Below are positions 54,001 through 63,000 of a DNA stretch of 64,000 nucleotides, piece after piece. Location of the stretch: NCBI GenBank assembly GCA_024231025.1, contig JAAEQW010000139.1:7851-71850 (forward strand), written 5' to 3'. Within the stretch, counting starts at the first letter, position 1. Each line of letters begins with the position of its first letter. The stretch is from Candidatus Omnitrophota bacterium. GTDB taxonomy: Bacteria; Omnitrophota; Gorgyraeia; Duberdicusellales; 4484-171. The notes under the pieces are model-generated. The model worked only from the letters and a program-made list of their open reading frames with translations, ran no database searches and was not told the origin of the DNA. The position numbers were made by a program, and so were the translations under genes.

Positions 54001-57000
54001 CCTTAAATCATAGCCTTCCCTTTCCGTAACTTCCTGATAGGCAATAATCGGTTCTAAATCCTGCCAATCTTCCGGTGGCCGCACGCGATTGCCTCCTTCA
54101 ATAAAAACATCAGCAGGAAAACGGCTATAGTCATAAAAAACTGCAAAGGCAACCGGTCCCGGCGAATTAAATGCCTGAGCAACTAGTTTGGCCGAAGCAT
54201 AAAGCCCACCGGTCCTTACCCAATCGTCGATAAACATAATTCCGCTTTCTCTAATGTATTGATAAGTCTTAGTATAACTTAGTAATTTTTGTATCAAAGG
54301 CATTGTCGAATATTCAATGACATTGCGGGAACAGTAAGTCTGACCTTGTCTGGTCACAATTTTCGCAATTGGACGAAGCAAGTTAAAAGAATCTTTAAGC
54401 CGTTCTACATTCGAAAAGCTAATCTCTTTATTAATTTCACCCACTCCCCGAATAGTTTCCTCTATATCTTGCTCAGCTAAATTTAATCCCGGATAACTAG
54501 TGGCTAAACTATGTACTCGCTCTAACCAAGCGCTCATCGCCTCTTTGGCTGCTTCTATTTTCTTTGTTCTTTTTTTCCTACTGCCCTTAGCGTGGACAGC
54601 ATCGTTTTTAAATCGATCAACGGTTTCAATACTGCTTCCACTGGAATCTCTACCTACAGTAGCAATCAAACATGTAAGCTCAATTAACCATTCCGGCATT
54701 GTACCCCGCGCGTCTAAAATATTAATTGCCTCTTCTAAGTTAAGACCAACTAGTTCTTGTGCGTTTATTGCTAATTTTTGCACACTTACTGCAGACATAA
54801 TATCTCCTACCATCTCTGCGGTAACCTCCTGCTTTCTTTCCTCCTCAGAAAGAATCCCATTTAAAGCCACAGCCAAAGGCAAAAATCTAGCTAATCGAAC
54901 GTGAGCAATATCTTTCCTTTTGGGCAATTTTACTCCAAGCTGATCCTCAAACATCTTTCCGGCTGCACTATTACGCAATGTCTCAATAATCTCAATTAAA
55001 GCTGTATTTCTTGAACAAATAACTAACTTTTGTTTGTTGTATGTCCTCAATAAAGAAATAAGATAAAGTGGCAATTCCTGATGCGCAATATAACTATTTT
55101 CAAAACCCCCATTTACTTCCTGCTCAAAAGGGCTTTCAGGTTTCTTGCGATGACGAAATAGTAAATAATCTAAATAGCGAATCAACCTTTCCCTGTTGGG
55201 GAAGTTGATCAAAGCCATATCACGAAAGGCAGAAAATTCTTCTTTGCCTACCGTAAAAGCATCTTGCACTCTTATAAAGGCCGCATTAAGAACATTTTCA
55301 CTAGCATCAAAAACCCTAGTTAAAGCCGGATCAGGATTAACATAGCACCCCTTGACCTTGGCCCCAATTTCATACTGTGCCTGGGCAACTTTATTCTCTT
55401 CAAGAGTGCCACCATTTAGTTCACGCACGAATACAGCGGCAAGGCCATGCTCTGGCTTATCAAAGAATGGCCGTTCTACATACAAAATATTACTAGCCTG
55501 ATCGTAACAAACAGCAGAAGCAACTTGCCTAGTCTCAATAATCACAATTTCCGGTAATTCATCAATCAACATCTTCCCTGGCAAAACTTGACGGCTTCTC
55601 TGCATGAACCTTAAAGCAAAGCCCCATTCCCGAGAAATTACTTTATTTTCGCTTTCACTAGCCGGACGAAATTCCACGATAAATCCGCGCAATAAATTTT
55701 GAAAGGCAGAATAACCGTAAAAATCAAATGTGTAATTAATATTAGTTACAAATTCACCCCACTCTCTAGATGTTGCCAAACCGAACTCATCACCTAACAT
55801 GTTTCTTAAACGAGCGTAAACTCCACTGCCTAAATATGCTAAAGCATCATTCCCCGGCCCAAAGACAGCTTCCCATGGCATAAATTGATCGCTCTCCATC
55901 TTACCTTTAGGCTCACCAGAAATAAGCCGCACACCTTCGTAATCTTCAACAGGAACTTCCACTAATTGACCATCTCGATTAAACCTTAAAACTTTACCCG
56001 CAGGATTAATAAAGGTAGTTTTACGGAATAAGGCTATCGTCTTGGCTGGACCAACACCTTCAACAGAATAGCCACCACGAATTGAAATTATTGGGCCATC
56101 ACTTCCTTGGGGATCATCGCCAGCAGTGAAAACATCTTCGTCATTGATACTGCGATGGTGATAACCGCTCAATCTTTGTTTAAAATCATTTAAGCCATCA
56201 CCCTTATCATTGCAAGCAACTTCAAGATATACTGTATCTTCTTGGTTATTACGGATTAAATTAACTCTCAATCTATCAAACCCTTCTTGATTCAATCGCG
56301 CATTCACTTCTGTTACTAATCGCAAAAGAGGCGCTTTATCTGCTTTTCTGCTCTTTTCGGCAACTTTTGCCAAAGCTCTATTGCCAGGACCAAGAATAAA
56401 CATACTAGGGAGGTTGCCTTCTCGAGCAAGATTTTTCAAAAATCGTGTTTCTTCCTCTGAAAATTTATCCTTAGGATAAATCCGCTCACCGGTAGCCAGA
56501 TAACCACTATTAGAACAATCCGTGTAAAAAAACATGCCCGGTGCTTGGCCATCATTAATCCTTTCTGCATCAGCCTTGCGTAATCTCTCAACCATTGCTA
56601 ATTCCTGCACCATCTTACATTCGTTAAAACTACGACCAGTATTAAAAGACACGCTTATGCCCTGATTAATTAACTGTTTTAAAAAGTTCTCTATTATCAG
56701 TGATGAATCGCAAGTTCCATCAATATCAAGCATCACCCCTCGTTTAGGATATTGTAGATCTTGATACAATTGTGTAATATTATTTGCCTCGCTAAAGAAT
56801 CTAGCAAACATTGGTCTCAATAGCGTAATGCCATAAACTTTGGTCATACGCAAGAAATTGGCTCTTAATTTATTCCAATCATACCTACTACCCAAACTAC
56901 CTTCAAAAATCGCCTTTTTCTCCATAAGCTCATCAACTCTATTTGGACTTAAACTATGATCACTACCAACTTCAAACTTTAAATAAAGTTTAGAAGGAGC

Positions 57001-60000
57001 CTCAGCCGGTAAAATATCAGCAGATTCAGTGTAACGGTCCACTAATCCTTTTATCTGGGCCATCATTCCAGAATAACTCTCCTTTAATCGACTCGGCTCA
57101 ATCGAGAATGTTTTTGCTTGCTGGCGAAAATGCGCAATCGCCTGCAACGTTGCGGTTGTAGCCGGCAGCATCTCCTCAGATGTTAATCGCGCCGCGCCTT
57201 TCTCGAACTCTTCGATTGATTTATGCCACTCGCTTCTCCAAAAACGAATAATTTGTATTTCCTCATAGGCACGGAAGGTATTTCTTAATTCGACTAGCCT
57301 TTCGGAAATTTCAATCTCCCCTTCCAGCAATAAATTAGCTAATTTCGCAATAAGCCTTACATAATCAGAAAGATGCTGGCGAGTAACTATGTTCGGACGA
57401 AGATAATCATTTATAAGAAGGCTGGTAATTGTTCCTTCTTTTGCTTCGCCATTGCCTATCATTTCAGCATAATTAAAACTCCCCTCGTTTTTAATATCAG
57501 TTAAAAAGCGTACGATTTCACCAATCAATTCCTGTGAAGCCGGTATATTAATAAGATTAGCAATCTGCTTTGATACAATCTGTATTAATTCCAAGTATTC
57601 ACCATATGCCTGATCACTGCTATCAATACTAGACATGGCTCTCAAACGCTTCTCCTCACTATCGAAAGTAACTGCCGCTAAACTATGCTCGGAAACCGGC
57701 TGATAAGCCAGCACCGGTTCTAAATCCTGCCAATCTTCAGGAATTTGAGCCCAAGAACAACCTTCAACAAAAGCATCAGCTGGAAAACGGCTGCCGTCAT
57801 AAAAAAGCGCAAAAACTAACGGTAAAGATGCACCAAAGGCTTGAGCAACAACTTTTGCCGGAACAAAAACGCTTCCGGTTCTTACCCAATCTTCCACAAA
57901 CATAATTCCGTTATCTCGTATATACTGTCCAGTTTGCGTATAAGCTAACAACTTCTGCAACAAAAACAATGTTGAATATTCAATTGGATTCCGAGCAAAA
58001 TAACTATTACCTTCTTTATTTATAAGCGAACTAAAACGTTTAATTTTCTTAAAAATTTTGCTAAACTCTAGGCTACCTTCATTAAGCTGATCGGAAAGTT
58101 GTTGAATTTGACAAACTGACAAATTCAATTCTGGATAATTAGCTGCTAAATTGCCTGCTCTTTTTAACCATTTTGATAAGGCATTCAATGTATCTTGCTG
58201 ATCCACATCGCTCCGTGTCATTCTATCAATTGCCTCAATACTTCCTTGATCCACACTTCTGTGTGACGGTTCAGTTAATTCTGTAACTTCAATAAAGCGT
58301 TGATCAATCTGACCACAATCAACTAACCGACCAACAACCTCAGCAAAACTAAGACCGATTAAATCTTCTGCGCATAGCCCTAATTCTGCTAATTTTTGCA
58401 TGCTTACTGCAGATACAATATCCCTTGCCACCTGCGCGGTAACTTTACTTTCTCTCTCCTCTTGTGTAAGAATTCCATTGATAGCCCAAGAAATCGGCAT
58501 AAATCTACCAACCTTAATATGGGCAATATCTTTTTCTTTAGGCAAAGTTACATTTAATTTCGTTTCGACTAATTGCCCAAGTCTACTGTCACGCAAAACA
58601 TTCAACGATTGTATTATTTTGCTATTTCTAGCAATAACAGCCACCTTATGATTTCTGTATGCTCTTAACAACGGCACTAGATAAACCGGAAATTCTTGAG
58701 GAGTGATACACAATGTTTTCAAGCTATCCTTTACGATTCGAGCAAAATTCCGATAAGGAAAATTTATCTTATCCTGGATCAAATAATCCAAATAACGCAC
58801 AAGTCTCTCTTGATTCGGAAAAGTAGATGTTACTGACTGACGAAATTCCGCCAATTCTTCTTCGTTCAATCCGAAAACTACTTTTGATCGACTAAAGCAA
58901 CTTTCGATTCGTGCCAAACTAACTTCAAACACTCTACCAACCGCGGCTTCACAATCTTTAACCTTCACTAGCTGATCTTCTTCGTTAAACCTTAATGCAC
59001 TCCCTTTTCGATCGATAAAGGTAGTCATCCTCAACAATGCAGCAGTTTTTACTGGGCCACTTCCTTCAACAGAATAGGAGCCGCGAGCTGAAAGTAACGG
59101 TCTATCATTTTCGTCCGGTGCATCAGCAGCGATAAAAATATCCTCGTCCTGGATACCGCATTGATGATCATCACCTAATATTTTTTTGAAATTCCCTAAA
59201 CCTTGAGATTTGTCATAGCAAGCTATTTCAATATAGGTTATTCCTTTAACTGACGAACCAAGTGAATTTACTTTAAGATGTCGAAATCCTGCCTCTTTTA
59301 ACTCGCGCATAAAAAACTCTTTCAAGGCTGATAAATATAACTTTTCACTCTTTTGCGAATATTTTGACAAATACCTGTATTTTAATAAATACTTATACCT
59401 AGTCGCATATGACACTCCCAAATCGAATCGCTCACTGAGTTCTTCAATAAAATGACTTTCCTCTTCAGTCAATAAAGGTCTAGGATAAAGGCGATCCCCC
59501 TTCCACCATTGGTTAGCGCCAATTACACAAGCATCATTAGCGCCTCGACCATAAAAAAACAAGCTCGCTGGTATCCCCGTAGAAATAGCTTGACTCTCTT
59601 TCTCCATAAGTTCCTTGATTATTGCTAGCTCTTCCTTTGTGCGGCAATCATCAATGCTGCGTGCCGTATTAAAAGCCACGGGAATAGCCCTTTTTTGCAA
59701 CTCAAACAAAATAGTCTTTAGTTTGCCACTGGGCACTGATGTTCCATCAAGATCAAGCATCACGCCCCGTTTAGGATGCTTCAACTTTTCAGATAGTTCA
59801 TCTTCAACCAGTTCATCCTTTTTGTTAAATCTGACAGCTTTGCCTTCAGGAGTAACAAATATACTCCGCCGCAATAACATCGCGGTTTTTATCGAACCAA
59901 TCCCTTTAACGGAATAGGAGCCACGAGCTGAAAGTAACGCTCGATCATTCCTTCGCGAATCATTCCCTGCAATAAAAATGTCCCTTTCATAAATCCCCAA

Positions 60001-63000
60001 TCTATTCTTTATATCATCTAACACTTTACTCGCATCATAACAAGCAATCTCAAGATAATCTGAGCCATTGTATACATCACGAAAAACATTTACTTTTAAA
60101 TCACTAAATCCTACTTTTTCTAATTCGCCACTAATAGTTTTTCTTAATTCAAATAAATCAGCTTCATCAATCGCCTCGCGTGGCCGCAACATATACTTAT
60201 ATTTCGTATGATGCCTCTTCTTAAAATTAAACCTCTCTACAAGATCTTGAATAAAATCATCTTGTATTTTTGAAAATTTTGGTTTGGAATAAAGCTTCCC
60301 ACGACAAGCATCCGAAGCCTTATTCCCTCCACGACAATAAAATAATACGGCAGGATTCTCCCCCTGAGAAACTCTCTCTTTTTCCCTATCTCTTAAATGG
60401 CTCATCATTGAACATCTTGGATCATTCTTAAACTCAGAAAGCCCACGCACCGTAGAAAAAGCCAAAGGAACGCCTCTCTCATGCAAAGCTAATACGAGGT
60501 CTCTCACCGTTGAAGATGATGTGCTTACTCCGTCAACACCAAGCAGAACCGCCTGTTTAGGCTGATTTAATTTTTCATCTATCTCTTCTATCTGCTCCCA
60601 TTCTCTACCAATTTGACAAAACAATCCCTCTTGCAAGCAATTTGAGCCGTAAATATCAAATGTAAGAGCAAGCTTGCCTGCAAACTCACTCAAATCCTTA
60701 AACGTACTCAAGCCAAACTCATCAATTAGCAAGCTCTTTAGACGCGTGTATGTTGCAACATCTAATAATTTTAAAACATCATCTTCTGCACCAAAGATAA
60801 TTTCCCATGGAATAACTTGGCTGTTTTCTGCATTACCATTACTTTTTTGAGAAATACGTTGAATAGCTTCATCCTTTGTGGTAGCAACCTCTATTAATTG
60901 ATCATCTCGATTAAATCTTAAAACTTTACCCGCAGGATCAATAAAAGTAGTTTTACGTAATAAAATTGCCGTCTTGGCTGGACCAACGTCTTCAACAGAA
61001 TAGCCACCACGAATTGAAATTATTGGACCATCACTTCCTTGGGGATCATCGCCAGCAGTAAAAACATCTTCGTCATTAATGCTGCGGCCGTGATGAGCGC
61101 TCAATCTTTGCTTAAAATCAACTAAACCTCTACCTTTGTCAAAACAAAGTATATCGAGAAGCTTGCTTGTTGAATCAACCATAGCATCCAGGGTCACTTT
61201 TAACCTACCGCACCCTGCCTGGATCAATCTGCCCTTAACTCGATCCATTAACTCATTTAGGCGCTCTCTGTCTTCTTCTTTACCCGATGCTGGAACTCCA
61301 GCCATCCATCTGCAATCAGTAATAAAGATCTGCGCAAGGCCAAGCTCCCTGGCAAATCCTTTTAAAAACAACGCTTCATCATCGGTGAATACATCTGAAT
61401 CATAAAGACGTCTGTGTGCAGCATCATGTGCCCGATTAGAACAACTAGTGTAGAAATATACCCTTGGTGTTTCTCCTTCAGCAAGCCTAATTTTTTCCTC
61501 ATTGAGTAATCTTTTAGTCATCGCAATATTAAACCCGCCTTGCCCCCTACAATCATCAAAACTGCGACCAGTATTGAAAGATACCGGTATATTATGGGTA
61601 ATTATTTGCCGTAAGAGAGATTCTATTTCCGGTGACGGTATCGACGTTGCATCGAGATCAAGCATCACGCCCCGTTTAGGATATTGTAAATTTTTATGCA
61701 ATTGAGTAATATTGTTTATTTCAGTAAGAAACTGAGTAAATATCTTCCGTAAAAGCGTAATGCCATAAACCTTAGCCATTCGTAAGAAGTTCCTTCGAAA
61801 CTTGCCCCAATCATGCCCATAGATTATTTCCATGATTTGGTTCTCGTGATGCGTTGCGCAATTTAACTCATGCACGAATACTGCGGGAAGATTATATTCA
61901 GGATTATTGAAGATTTGTTGTTCGATGTATAGGGCATTATCGGATTGGTCATAATAGGCAGCAAAAGTAATTTGTTTACTTGTAATGATTGTTACATTAG
62001 GCGGGCCGCGCGTTGGGTTAACTCTACCTTCTCTTTCCAAGAAGCTTATTGCTTCTTCTCGTGCTGGATTAATTAACTTATTTTCTTCTGCAGTTGGTGT
62101 GCGAAATTCTACACCTTCGATGCGGTATCTACCCAACTGCTCTTGGGTTTGAGCCAAGGCATAGCCATTGTAGCCTGCATCAACTTGGGTAGAGCGTGTT
62201 GGCAATGTATCTGAAGCTCTTACTATCTTGGCCTCAAATGTTGCTTTCTCAAAGGCAAGCTGGGCGAGTTGATGGTCAGTTAATTTGGAACTGGTGCCAA
62301 CAGCAAATTTTAAATGACGTTTTTCTGGACAATATCCCGGTAAAATATGAAACGTATCGCGAAATCCGCTGACTAAATCATCTATCTTAGCAATCATTTG
62401 CTGATATGGTTCAGTTAAATCAGCTGACTCTCCAGGTAAAACGCTTGCTTGCTGGCGAAAATGCGCAATCGCCTGCAATGTTGCGGTTGTAATCGGCAAC
62501 ATCTCCTCAGATGTCAATCGCGCCGCGCCTTTTTTGAACTCTCCGATTGATTTATGCCACTCGCTTCTCCAAAAACGAATAATTTGTATTTCTTCGTAAA
62601 CACGAAACAAATCTCTTAGCTCAATCAATCTCTTAGGAATACTAACCTCATTTTCAAGAGTTAGATTAATAATCTTAAAAACAAGTTCCATGTATCTATT
62701 AAAATATTTAGGGGCGGTTAAATTAGGGCGAAGATACTCATCAATGAAACGATTGGTGACAAATCCTCTTGGTGTCCCATGACTACCAATTATCATTCCA
62801 TGATATTTAAAACTTTCTTTCTTTTTTCGATCAATTGCGAAACGAAGGACCTCTCCAACAAATTGTGGTGAAACATATGTCATATTAATAAATCTTCTCA
62901 ACTCCTCAACTTTAGTCTCCATGAGATCTAAATATTCCAAGTAATCAGAATGGGTATTATCTGCTGTCATTTTTCCTTCTAGGCGCTTTTCTTCTGTGTC

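Noticed and set aside
39349-62181. Near-identical repeats as DGR template/variable regions or IS copies
   Set aside because: Mismatches do not look adenine-specific and many are synonymous; all copies are coding; no reverse transcriptase, transposase or terminal inverted repeats were seen.
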